Positions 38,528 through 47,515 of a DNA stretch of 64,000 nt are shown here, in pieces. The stretch spans positions 24,508 through 88,507 of the forward strand of contig JABIHH010000046.1 of NCBI GenBank assembly GCA_018649725.1, given 5' to 3'. A program made the position numbers and the translations under genes. Position 1 is the stretch's first letter. Each line of letters opens with the position of its first letter. The notes under the pieces were generated by a model. That model saw only the letters and a program-made list of their open reading frames with translations. It searched no databases and had not been told where the DNA came from. Source of the DNA: Rhodospirillaceae bacterium. Lineage in GTDB: Bacteria; Pseudomonadota; Alphaproteobacteria; Rhodospirillales; UBA2165.

Positions 38528-39322
38528 ATGACCGAACGTAATCCGTTGATCGTCATACCGTCGCAGGTTGATGAAAATGGCATTCCTAAAAAACAATTAT
38601 TGGATATTCACGGCAAGCCAATGATCGTCCATTCATGGAGCCGCGCCGTTGAAGCGGGCTGCGGTAACGTCATTGTTGATTGTGTCGATGATGAGATCGC
38701 CGAAGCGGTTGGCGAGGCGGGGGCCTACACCTATCGGACCGACCCGGATCATCATTTAAAGAGCCATAACTACCGGACAGAATCTGGTGCTGATCGGGTA
38801 GCCGCGACCGTCAATAAGTTCGATCGCTTTTACAATCACGACATCATCATCAATCTCCACGATGATCTTCCGGCGATTGATCCCAAATATATCCGCGCCT
38901 TACTCTATCCGCTGGCCGATTACGAGGTCGCGATTTCGACCTTGGTTTGCCCGATGCAGGAAGGCGATGAGACCAATACGAGCGTCGTTAAAGCGACCAT
39001 CGAATGGGAAGAGGGTCGTAATGTAAGCTGGATCCCCGCCTCAAAAATCGGCCGCATCAAAGACCTCAGCCGCGATATCGCTGATCTGGGCGACGGTCCT
39101 TATTACCATCATATTCCGATCTACGCCTATCAACGCCCGCAATTGGACCGCTTTGTTAATCTCGAGCCCACTGATAGCGAGTTGAACGAACGCATCGAAG
39201 GTAAACGCGCGCTCGAAAATGATATGCGCATGGATGTCGCCCTGATCGACCAGCTGCCGCTTGATGTTGATTGGGAAAATGAAGTCGAACAAGCCCGCGA
39301 ATTGCTAGACAAGTCTCTTTAA
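38528..39322 (+). CDS. kdsB: 3-deoxy-manno-octulosonate cytidylyltransferase
   Basis: The IVIPSQVDENGIPKKQLLDIHGKPMI N-terminus and the IPIYAYQR motif region are present. Confidence 0.8.
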   Translation: MTERNPLIVIPSQVDENGIPKKQLLDIHGKPMIVHSWSRAVEAGCGNVIVDCVDDEIAEAVGEAGAYTYRTDPDHHLKSHNYRTESGADRVAATVNKFDRFYNHDIIINLHDDLPAIDPKYIRALLYPLADYEVAISTLVCPMQEGDETNTSVVKATIEWEEGRNVSWIPASKIGRIKDLSRDIADLGDGPYYHHIPIYAYQRPQLDRFVNLEPTDSELNERIEGKRALENDMRMDVALIDQLPLDVDWENEVEQARELLDKSL

Positions 39323-39430
39323 TGGCACGATCGAGGGAAACGCAATTCGCTTAAAGAATATGAGCGAGCTGCTTGATAAGTCTCTCTAACTTAGTGGACA
39401 AGTGGCTCCCCTGTCGGTATATGGGGGGCC

Positions 39431-40300
39431 ATGACAAATGATCCAAAAAATCTGATCGCTTTTCAGGGCGAGCTAGGTGCTAACGGCGACCTTGCTTGTC
39501 GAGTTGTGCAACCTGATATGGCAACGCTACCGTGTCACACATTTGAGGACACGTTCGCCGCCGTGCGTGATGGCAAGGCGAAGTATTTACTGATCCCGAT
39601 CGATAATACGGTCGCAGGGCGCGTTGCTGATATTCATCATCTATTGCCGGATTCTGGCCTGCATATCATTGGCGAGCATTTTCAACGGGTTGAGCATCAC
39701 TTGCTTGCGGTCAAAGGCACTAAAATTGAAGAGCTCACTTATGTTCATTCTCATGTCCATGCGCTCAACCAATGTCGGGATGCCATCAAGGAATTGGGTT
39801 TGGAGCCGATGGTTCATGTTGATACCGCTGCCGCCGCCCGCGATATTTCGGAGCGTGGTGAGAAAGCCCATGCGGCGATTGCTTCTGAACTCGCCGGAGA
39901 AATTTACGGTCTCGATTCACTGCGTGCCAACTTTGAAGATGCCGAACACAATACGACGCGCTTTTTGCTGATGGCTCAGGATGCGTCGGATCTGACCCCG
40001 GATGACGGCGACATTATGACAAGTTTTGTCTTTCGGGTGCGCAATGTGCCGGCCGCACTCTATAAGGCGCTGGGTGGCTTTGCCACCAATGGCGTCAATA
40101 TGGTGAAGCTTGAAAGCTACCTCGTTGGCGGCGGTTTTGTTGCCGCCCAATTCTATGCCGAAGTTGATGGTCATCCGGAAAGTCAGAACGTCCGTTTGGC
40201 CTTGGAGGAACTCTCCTTCTTCACCCACGAGGTGCGCATCATGGGCGCTTATCCGCGTAATCCGGTGCGTGACGTGATCAACAAAAATGGCGCCGAGTAG
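39431..40300 (+). CDS. pheA: Prephenate dehydratase
   Basis: IAFQGELGANGDLA and the TRF motif (EHNTTRFLLM) are present, followed by an ACT domain at the C-terminus. Confidence 0.9.
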   Translation: MTNDPKNLIAFQGELGANGDLACRVVQPDMATLPCHTFEDTFAAVRDGKAKYLLIPIDNTVAGRVADIHHLLPDSGLHIIGEHFQRVEHHLLAVKGTKIEELTYVHSHVHALNQCRDAIKELGLEPMVHVDTAAAARDISERGEKAHAAIASELAGEIYGLDSLRANFEDAEHNTTRFLLMAQDASDLTPDDGDIMTSFVFRVRNVPAALYKALGGFATNGVNMVKLESYLVGGGFVAAQFYAEVDGHPESQNVRLALEELSFFTHEVRIMGAYPRNPVRDVINKNGAE

Positions 40301-40308
40301 TTCAACTC

Positions 40309-40752
40309 ATGACAACTGAGGATTTTCGAGAAGTAAATCGCCGCCAGGTCACCGCAGAAATGTGTGACGCCTTGGGCCATATGAACATTCAGCATTACTT
40401 TGAGACGCTGAGCAGTGGCGTCTTCAATATCATGGCAATCTTAGGTGAGCCGATTGACGAAATCGCTGAGCGCCGCACCGCCTTCGCGCTGCATAAAGAA
40501 GAGTCTCATTTCGCGGAAGAAATCTACAGCGGCGATGAATTTTATATGGCGACAGCCCTTGAGCATATCGGCACTAAGTCGATGATCCTACAGCACCGTT
40601 TTTTCAGCGCTGAAGAAAGCAATGAGCTATTCCGTTCGCGCTTTATCACGGTAAATATGAATTTAGACACCCGCTCCAGCATGGCGTTCTCAGCGGAATT
40701 CAAAGCCTTGGCGATAAAAGAATTCCCCGGATATAGCCCGGAATCTTCCTAA
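40309..40752 (+). CDS. Hotdog-fold acyl-CoA thioesterase (4HBT/YbgC-like)
   Basis: The N-terminal pattern V..EMCDALGHMNIQHYFE matches the YbgC-type catalytic region. Confidence 0.6.
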   Translation: MTTEDFREVNRRQVTAEMCDALGHMNIQHYFETLSSGVFNIMAILGEPIDEIAERRTAFALHKEESHFAEEIYSGDEFYMATALEHIGTKSMILQHRFFSAEESNELFRSRFITVNMNLDTRSSMAFSAEFKALAIKEFPGYSPESS

Positions 40753-40766
40753 ATAGTCACATTGAT

Positions 40767-41570
40767 CTATTCGCGCGTCATTTTCTTTGGGAAGCGCAAG
40801 GTGACGGTTGTGCCCTCATGTTCCTGGCTGTGGATTTCCATTTTTCCGCCAAGCGCCATCATCAACTGATTGACGATTGGTAGGCCGAGGCCTGTGCCTT
40901 TGTCGCCATGCGGCGATACGGTCGTTTTATAAGGTTGTAGAATATGGGGTATTTGCGTCGCCGGTATGCCGCCGCCGGTATCGCGGACAACCAAAATTAC
41001 AGCATCATCCAGATCATCAATCTCAGCTTTGATCGCGACCTCACCACCGGCGGGCGTAAACTTCATGGCGTTGGACATGATGTTCGTTAAGGCGCGGTAA
41101 AGGTGGGCCGGAACAGTGTGAATTTTTGGGAAGTTTTCAGAAATTTCCACGCGCAAATTGATATCACGTTCCCGCGCCATTTCAGCATAAAGTGCGGCAA
41201 CCTCTTCAATTATTTCAACTGCATCGACATCTTGAACTTTGTCATTGTCGATCGCTTTCGGGGTCGCCCGATTTTCGTTCAAAGCGGCTTCGGTATGCAA
41301 CAACATGTCTTCACAAAGGTCGAGAATACGGACGGAAGATTGATGGATAATCTCAGCATTGGGCTGAATTTTATCTGCCGTGGTCATACCCGATTTCATG
41401 AGTTTGCTGAGACCTATCATGGCCGTTAGAGGGTTTTTGATGTCGTGGGCAAATTGCTTTACCTTGGCCATGACGTCATCCTTGAGACCGGCATGATCCT
41501 GTAGCGCCTTAACTAAAGTCGCCTCAACATCGCGCATCTCGCGCTCATTTTCTTCATCATTTGAATTCAT
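40767..41570 (-). CDS. Short cytoplasmic histidine kinase (HisKA + HATPase_c only)
   Basis: The H-box is FAHDIKNPLTAM, the N-box is NAMKFT, and the G-boxes are DTGGGI and GTGLGL. Confidence 0.85.
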   Translation of the reverse strand: MNSNDEENEREMRDVEATLVKALQDHAGLKDDVMAKVKQFAHDIKNPLTAMIGLSKLMKSGMTTADKIQPNAEIIHQSSVRILDLCEDMLLHTEAALNENRATPKAIDNDKVQDVDAVEIIEEVAALYAEMARERDINLRVEISENFPKIHTVPAHLYRALTNIMSNAMKFTPAGGEVAIKAEIDDLDDAVILVVRDTGGGIPATQIPHILQPYKTTVSPHGDKGTGLGLPIVNQLMMALGGKMEIHSQEHEGTTVTLRFPKKMTRE

Positions 41571-41619
41571 AAAGCCAATACACTCTTTAAGTTAGTAATA
41601 CCATATTACCTTAGGAAGG

Positions 41620-42561
41620 CTATTTCTCATATAGCCAACCGTCAATGAGCCATCTTGAAATTGAAAGATTGGTGGGCGGCAGCGTTTCATGGCCGTCAGC
41701 CATCTCCAGCACTTCTTCGCGCGAAAACCATTTCGCTTCAACCAATTCCTGATCATGGCAAATGATCTCGGTTGATATAGCGCGCGCTCTAAATCCCAAC
41801 ATGATAGATGCCGGGAAGGGCCAGGGCTGAGATGCTTTATATTCGACATCGACCACCTGGATATTGGTTTCTTCATAGACTTCACGGGCAACGGCTTGTT
41901 CGAGCATTTCGCCCGGCTCGACGAAACCGGCAATGGTTGAATAGCGCAGGCCTTGGAATTTTTTGTTGTGACCCAGCAAGCAACTGTCTTCGTTCGGATG
42001 GGTCACCAGCATAATAACAGCCGGGTCGGTCCTCGGGAAATGCACCTTACCGCAATCGGAATTCAGACAAGCACGATCATGACCACCGCGTCCGGCCTGG
42101 GTTTCACTGCCGCAAACGCCGCAAAACTGATGTCCCCGATGCCAATGGACCAAAGCCCGCGCATAGGCAAGGTAGCCCGCATCAATCGGGTCAAGAGCGG
42201 TTGCGAGGCGACGTAAGTCTTCGAAAATAGCACCATCCGGCAATGGAAGGCTATGTGGATCCTCCAAATGCGAGAGATCGGCAGCGTAATAGATGGCGTC
42301 GCCTTCAAGACCTAAAAACACCAAAGTCGCGGCATTTTGGCGGATGAGTTCTGCCGCCTCGCCTCTTAAGATTGCTGCCTGGGGGGCGGCGGCGTTTTGC
42401 TCATCGGTAAAGACGAGACTTTTGTCTCGCCAGACCGGAATAATATGACTGTTACTGCCAGCCGATTCGCCGGTTAGGTTGGCCGTTAGCCACTCATCAT
42501 CTGTTCTAAGCTGGTGGGCCCGGTCCAGGGTGATGTCATCATAATAGAATTTTGAGCTCAT
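41620..42561 (-). CDS. nudC: NAD+ diphosphatase (NADH pyrophosphatase), NUDIX family
   Basis: The zinc ribbon is CGVCGSETQAGRGGHDRACLNSDCGKVHFPR. The Nudix box is GFVEPGEMLEQAVAREVYEETN. Confidence 0.85.
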   Translation of the reverse strand: MSSKFYYDDITLDRAHQLRTDDEWLTANLTGESAGSNSHIIPVWRDKSLVFTDEQNAAAPQAAILRGEAAELIRQNAATLVFLGLEGDAIYYAADLSHLEDPHSLPLPDGAIFEDLRRLATALDPIDAGYLAYARALVHWHRGHQFCGVCGSETQAGRGGHDRACLNSDCGKVHFPRTDPAVIMLVTHPNEDSCLLGHNKKFQGLRYSTIAGFVEPGEMLEQAVAREVYEETNIQVVDVEYKASQPWPFPASIMLGFRARAISTEIICHDQELVEAKWFSREEVLEMADGHETLPPTNLSISRWLIDGWLYEK

Positions 42562-42687
42562 ATCCGCATGTATGCATAGCTTAGCGGATCACGCAATAAC
42601 CACGTTAAAACATTAAGTTTATTCGCTGTTTATTTGAAGCTGGCTTTGCCGTAGATTAAACCCAATTTCAAACTTCATACGGTAAGC

Positions 42688-43251
42688 ATGATCAGCACTT
42701 TATTTTTCAATCTCCGAAATCGCTTTTCCGGCACGGCTGTACTATTGGCCGTGAATGTGATGTTGATCATTTCCCTTTCAGCTTGCGCCGAGAAAAATAT
42801 ATATGCTCAGCTGGATCGGGACGGCTATATCCGCGATCAAAAAGAAATTGTCGAAGCAGCGGATTGGGGCGAGGCTGAGACTTTTGAGATCGACATCCGG
42901 CAAAATGAATTTCGCCCGACGATCATTCATCTGTTGCAGGGTGAGCCCTATATCATGCTGGTGGAAAATCGTGACGATGTGTCGCATTTTCTGGCCGCCG
43001 AGGAATTTTTTAAAACCATTGCTCTCCGTAAAATTCTCTCTCAGACCGAGGAGATTAGTGGAGTAAATTTGATCGGCATTAATCTCAATCCCGGCGAGGT
43101 TAAAGAGCTGCATTTTGTGCCGGTGCGTGATGGCTGGTACGATTTTGAGGGCGGTCAGGGGCCGGGGCTTTTTGCCACCGATCTCTTTTATTCGCCGCTT
43201 AGCCGGGGGGCGGTGCAAGGCATGATCGGCTCCTTCGTGGTTGAAGAATAA
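42688..43251 (+). CDS. Putative lipoprotein with a cupredoxin-like domain
   Basis: The lipobox is IISLSAC. The FEIDIRQNEFRPTIIHLLQGEPYIMLVENRD pattern resembles cupredoxin-fold domains; this assignment is weak. Confidence 0.45.
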   Translation: MISTLFFNLRNRFSGTAVLLAVNVMLIISLSACAEKNIYAQLDRDGYIRDQKEIVEAADWGEAETFEIDIRQNEFRPTIIHLLQGEPYIMLVENRDDVSHFLAAEEFFKTIALRKILSQTEEISGVNLIGINLNPGEVKELHFVPVRDGWYDFEGGQGPGLFATDLFYSPLSRGAVQGMIGSFVVEE

Positions 43252-43351
43252 ATCCCGAATTTAATACCCCGAATTTTAATCCCTTGAATTTTGTTTCATA
43301 TCGGCATGGTTAGCGCTTGCCACATCTCCCCCCAAAACTGCTATAATCATG

Positions 43352-43453
43352 CCGGGAGGTCGGCTGCGGACGATCCGCTCGCCAACCCGGTCAGATCCGG
43401 AAGGAAGCAGCCGTAACGAGTTTATGTTTCGGGTCGTGGTTTGATCTCCCACC
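43352..43453 (+). ncRNA. ffs: Signal recognition particle RNA (4.5S, small bacterial type)
   Basis: The conserved domain IV core GGUCAGAUCCGGAAGGAAGCAGCCGUAAC is present. The 5' GGGAGGUC can pair with the 3' GAUCUCCC. A TATAAT at 43342-43347 lies just upstream. The position immediately upstream of dnaX is as in other alphaproteobacteria. The ends are approximate. Confidence 0.85.
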
Positions 43454-43490
43454 TAATTTTCCAGCTATAAGTCACTAAAAGTGCGGTGGA

Positions 43491-45281
43491 ATGAGCGACC
43501 CAAAAGATATTTCTGAAGAAGCAGAATACCAGGTTCTGGCGCGCAAATACCGGCCGACGGATTTTACCGCGCTGATTGGCCAGGACGCCATGGTCCGCAC
43601 GCTCAAAAATGCGTTCGAATCGGGTCGCCTGGCGCATGCGTTTATTCTGACCGGCGTTAGAGGTGTCGGTAAAACAACGACAGCTCGGATTATCGCCCGC
43701 GCCCTTAATTGTGTTGGCCCCGATGGCAAAGGCGAGGCAACGATTGAGCCGTGCGGTGTATGTGAGTTTTGCCAAGCCATCGCCGAAGACCGGTTGGTCG
43801 ATGTCCTGGAGATGGATGCGGCGAGCCGGACCGGCGTTGATGATGTCCGGGAACTCATCGAAGGTGTGCGCTATAAGCCGGTATCGGCGCGCTATAAAGT
43901 CTACATCATTGACGAAGTTCACATGCTGTCGCGCAATGCGTTTAACGCGTTGTTGAAGACACTGGAAGAGCCGCCGGCGCATGTGAAATTTATTTTTGCC
44001 ACGACCGAAATTCGGAAAGTCCCCGTGACCGTGCTGTCCCGTTGTCAGCGCTTTGATTTGCGCCGCGTCGATATTGAGACGCTGAGTGAGAATTTCAAAC
44101 AGATTGCCGAAAAAGAAGGCGTTAAAATCACCGATACAGCGATTTCACTGATCGCCCGCGCTGCCGATGGTTCGGTCCGAGATGGCCAAAGTCTGTTGGA
44201 TCAAGTGATCGCGACGGGCGCTGAAGAAAGCGAAGAACTTAGCGAAGACATTGTGCGCGACATGTTGGGTCTGGCCGATCGTGAGCGCAGCTTTGATCTA
44301 TTTGAGTTGGTCATGAAAGGCGATGTCTCGGGCGCGCTTGAAATGCTTGATGGTGATTATGCCAATGGCGCCGATCCGATCATGGTGTTGCAGGACTTGC
44401 TCGAAGTAGTTCACTGGCTGTCGCGCGTTAAGGTAACGCCTGAAATCGTCGATGGACCTATGGTACCGGAAGCTGACTGCGAGCGCGGCAAAGACCTCAC
44501 CGAGCGCCTGTCGATGGGCGCGCTGACGCGTTCCTGGCAGATGTTGCTCAAAGGTTTGCGGGAAGCGCAAACCGCACCATCGCCGATCCAGGCGGCTGAA
44601 ATGATTCTCATTCGGCTGGCCTATCTGGCTGATCTACCGACCCCCGCAGATGCTGTAAAAGCGATGGCCGATGGTAGCGGCGAAAGCGCTCCAGCACCGC
44701 AAGCGCCACCTCCTTCAGGCGGCGGAAACGGGGGTGGACAGCCAGTTAACAATGGCGGTGGTCAGGCAGCTCAGGCGCAAGTTGTTCCCGAGGCCGCACC
44801 CCAAGATGTGCCACAAGCGTATGTTGAGCCAATTGTCGAAGGCCTTGCTTCTCCTGAGACGTTTGAAGATGTCATTGCCTTAGCGGATAAAATGAACGAG
44901 CGCATTTTGCGCGCCAATTTGGTGAATAATGTTCACCTCGTGCGCTTCGAGCCCGGCACCATCGTCTTTCAGCCGGGCGACAATACGCCGCGCGAATTTA
45001 GTCAGGAATTGACGCGCTTTTTAAATGGCACAACGGATCGCCGTTGGGTGGTTTCAGTTTCAATGGATGAAAAAGGCGGCGATACTGTGCAGCAACGCCA
45101 GGACGCAATTTACGCCGAACGCCTCAAGGAAATTTCTGAAACGCCTTTCATGCAAACCGTGTTGGAGACTTTCCCCGGGGCGGAAATCAGTGAGGTCAGG
45201 GAAATTGGCGAGGCCCCAGATATTGACGTGGACATGTTGGACGCGCCATCAGATGAAAATATAGGAGAAGACGACGCATGA
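43491..45281 (+). CDS. dnaX: DNA polymerase III subunits gamma/tau
   Basis: The Walker A motif is GVRGVGKTTTARI, the zinc module is CGVCEFC, and the SRC motif is also present. Confidence 0.95.
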   Translation: MSDPKDISEEAEYQVLARKYRPTDFTALIGQDAMVRTLKNAFESGRLAHAFILTGVRGVGKTTTARIIARALNCVGPDGKGEATIEPCGVCEFCQAIAEDRLVDVLEMDAASRTGVDDVRELIEGVRYKPVSARYKVYIIDEVHMLSRNAFNALLKTLEEPPAHVKFIFATTEIRKVPVTVLSRCQRFDLRRVDIETLSENFKQIAEKEGVKITDTAISLIARAADGSVRDGQSLLDQVIATGAEESEELSEDIVRDMLGLADRERSFDLFELVMKGDVSGALEMLDGDYANGADPIMVLQDLLEVVHWLSRVKVTPEIVDGPMVPEADCERGKDLTERLSMGALTRSWQMLLKGLREAQTAPSPIQAAEMILIRLAYLADLPTPADAVKAMADGSGESAPAPQAPPPSGGGNGGGQPVNNGGGQAAQAQVVPEAAPQDVPQAYVEPIVEGLASPETFEDVIALADKMNERILRANLVNNVHLVRFEPGTIVFQPGDNTPREFSQELTRFLNGTTDRRWVVSVSMDEKGGDTVQQRQDAIYAERLKEISETPFMQTVLETFPGAEISEVREIGEAPDIDVDMLDAPSDENIGEDDA

Positions 45282-45601
45282 AAAATCTCGGCCAAATGAT
45301 GAAACAGGCCCAAGAGATGCAGTCAAAAATGACTGAGATGCAGGACAAGCTCTCAGAAATGGAAGTGACCGGCTCATCCGGAGCCGGCATGATTGAGGTG
45401 ACGCTCTCTGGTAAAAGTGATGTTCGCAAAATTAAAATCGATCCGTCGCTGATCGATCCCAATGATCCCGAAGTATTAGAAGATCTCATCGTCGCGGCTT
45501 TCAATGACGCCAAGGCAAAAGTAGAAGCGCGGGTCAGCGACAAAATGTCTGAAATGACCGGTGGATTGCAGCTTCCTCCTGGCTTTAAATTGCCGTTTTA
45601 A
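45278..45601 (+). CDS. ybaB: Nucleoid-associated protein YbaB/EbfC
   Basis: The 107-aa product reads MMKQAQEMQSKM...VTGSSGAGMIEVTLSG. It overlaps the dnaX stop. Confidence 0.9.
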   Translation: MKNLGQMMKQAQEMQSKMTEMQDKLSEMEVTGSSGAGMIEVTLSGKSDVRKIKIDPSLIDPNDPEVLEDLIVAAFNDAKAKVEARVSDKMSEMTGGLQLPPGFKLPF

Positions 45602-45646
45602 TGGTTGGCACTTGTGATATCTCAGGTGTTGAGACAAAGAGAAATT

Positions 45647-45669
45647 CCCCTCCCATCAAGGGGAGAGGG
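45647..45669. repeat. Half element of the GC-rich palindromic family
   Basis: CCCCTCCCATCAAGGGGAGAGGG forms a hairpin between ybaB and recR. Confidence 0.6.
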
Positions 45670-45688
45670 AGTGTAAGGGAAGCGCAGC

Positions 45689-46282
45689 GTGGCCACCACT
45701 GAAATAGATCGCCTCATTCAGCTTTTGTCAAAACTCCCCGGGCTTGGTCCACGCTCAGCCCGGCGCGCCGCTTTGCATCTCATCAAAAACCGAGAGGGGC
45801 TCTTGAAGCCGCTTGGTGTTGCGATGGAGGCGGCGGCGGAGCATGTTCAGACCTGTTCTACCTGCGGTAATCTTGATACCATAGATCCGTGCGCCATCTG
45901 CACCGATGTAAAGCGTGACCCCACGACAATTTGTGTTGTCGAAGAAGTTGCTGATCTCTGGGCATTGGAGCGGACAGCGACGTTCACGGGCCTCTATCAT
46001 GTGCTGGGCGGTGTTTTGTCGCCGCTGGATGGAGTCGGGCCGGATGATTTAACTCTCGATTCATTGTTGGCGCGGGCGAAAGCAGAAAAGGTGAGCGAGA
46101 TAATCCTGGCGACGAGTGCCACGGTGGATGGTAAGACGACGGCACATTATATAACCGACCGATTGTCAGAGTCGGAAGTCACTGTGACAGCGCTGGCGCA
46201 TGGTATTCCGGTTGGCGGCGAGCTTGATTATCTTGATGATGGCACCTTGAGCGCCGCGATGAAGGAGCGGCGAGGGATCTAA
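45689..46282 (+). CDS. recR: Recombination protein RecR
   Basis: [11 protein letters not shown] (HhH), the zinc finger [16 protein letters not shown] and a Toprim domain are present. Confidence 0.95.
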   Translation: MATTEIDRLIQLLSKLPGLGPRSARRAALHLIKNREGLLKPLGVAMEAAAEHVQTCSTCGNLDTIDPCAICTDVKRDPTTICVVEEVADLWALERTATFTGLYHVLGGVLSPLDGVGPDDLTLDSLLARAKAEKVSEIILATSATVDGKTTAHYITDRLSESEVTVTALAHGIPVGGELDYLDDGTLSAAMKERRGI

Positions 46283-46291
46283 TTTTTGTTT

Positions 46292-47044
46292 ATGAATAGT
46301 AATATGAATATTGAAAATACCCTGGCCGCATTAGCCACCTCGCCGACGGAAAAACATCGCTTTCATTTGTTCGGGAAAACACTCTCCGCCCAAATTGCCA
46401 TTCCTTATCACAATCAAAAGGTGACCGAGTATTATCGTCAAGCTTGTGGTGCCAATTACCCATCGATTTCAGCTCTTGCCGATAAAGAAATAGAGTTTGC
46501 GCATTTTGGTCTCATCCTCGCTTTTGAGGAGCAGACGGTTATTCCGGTTTGTGACGAGGAACGCCATTTGGAGGAAAACCTGCGCCAAGCCGTTCAGCAG
46601 TTTGGCCCGGTTTTTATCCGCAACGGCATTGTCGATAATCTTGGCGAAGATTTTTTGCAAAAGAATATGTTTCCCGGTTTGTCATTTCATGTCGACCGTG
46701 GCTCGCATATGGAAAATCAGATCTCGCTGTTTACCCGTGATCCCCGTGATCCGGATCAGGCCAAGCCGCGCTTGACGTCGACGTTATTTATGTCGCGCCG
46801 GGCAACCTGCTATCAGGCGGCTCTGGAAGGCAAGGATGTCGAGGATTTTCAGCGTTGCTCCAATGTATTTTTATTTGACGACAATTCAGTTGAAGGAAAA
46901 TTGGGTGAGGTCGTGCTCGAGCAATCCTGGCGGGCAGCAGAGGGCGTGGGCGAAATCGGCATTATTGACAATAAAGCCGTCTTTCATGCCAGCTATCATC
47001 GCGGCGAGCGTGGCTATGCAATAGGCACACGTTACCTTTTTTAA
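46292..47044 (+). CDS. Hypothetical protein, possibly a TauD/TfdA-like Fe(II)/2-oxoglutarate dioxygenase
   Basis: There is an HxD in LSFHVDRGSH and a distal DNKAVFHASYHRG resembling the family's DNR...H motif. GC is visibly lower than in recR. The start may be the TTG at 46286. Confidence 0.45.
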   Translation: MNSNMNIENTLAALATSPTEKHRFHLFGKTLSAQIAIPYHNQKVTEYYRQACGANYPSISALADKEIEFAHFGLILAFEEQTVIPVCDEERHLEENLRQAVQQFGPVFIRNGIVDNLGEDFLQKNMFPGLSFHVDRGSHMENQISLFTRDPRDPDQAKPRLTSTLFMSRRATCYQAALEGKDVEDFQRCSNVFLFDDNSVEGKLGEVVLEQSWRAAEGVGEIGIIDNKAVFHASYHRGERGYAIGTRYLF

Positions 47045-47079
47045 GCCCAACATCTAATTTATTTAAAATTCTAGCTAAA

Positions 47080-47095
47080 TGTGATGCGCATCACT
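47080..47095. promoter_or_regulatory. CRP-like palindrome TGTGA-N6-TCACT containing a perfect 14-bp palindrome GTGATGCGCATCAC
   Basis: Read directly from the sequence. It lies about 95 nt upstream of the ATG at 47189. Confidence 0.3.
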
Positions 47096-47188
47096 GTGGT
47101 ATTCCCTAAGGCAGTATACGGTTAGTCCCAGGATCGCGGAAACACGCAATTTATATATGCGAGAAAATAGTTAAAACGAGGATTTTTT

Positions 47189-47476
47189 ATGACCAATTTA
47201 GCCCCCAATCGATTAAAAGCTGACAGCCATCGGCAAATGTCACGGGTCGATCAACAAAAGCTCATTGAGGGGCAATTGCAGCTTGAAGATGAAGACGAGG
47301 CGCGGAAACGCCGTGTAAAGCTGCGCAAACAACGTCAAGCCAAGCTGGTTGCAATGCGTAAAGCCAAACGTCGGGCGCGTGCCTTCAAGCTCGCTGGCTT
47401 CTGGGCTGCCATCATTGTCGGCGGATTCTTCGCTATGGTGTGGTATTCCAACGACGTCATGGCTTTGATTAAATAA
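47189..47476 (+). CDS. Small tail-anchored protein (95 aa) with a Lys/Arg-rich coiled region and a C-terminal TM helix
   Basis: A GAGGA RBS lies about 8 nt upstream. The C-terminal hydrophobic stretch is LAGFWAAIIVGGFFAMVWY. Confidence 0.5.
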   Translation: MTNLAPNRLKADSHRQMSRVDQQKLIEGQLQLEDEDEARKRRVKLRKQRQAKLVAMRKAKRRARAFKLAGFWAAIIVGGFFAMVWYSNDVMALIK

Positions 47477-47515
47477 CGCTCCAAAACTCGTTATCTTATT
47501 GATTTCAAAATTGAA

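Noticed and set aside
43422-43982. 186-aa minus-strand ORF
   Set aside because: It is antisense to the 5' part of dnaX and overlaps the SRP RNA. dnaX carries strong family motifs on the plus strand, so this is a shadow ORF.
43491-45281. Programmed -1 frameshift site in dnaX (as in E. coli gamma/tau)
   Set aside because: I found no A AAA AAG-type slippery heptamer in the appropriate region.
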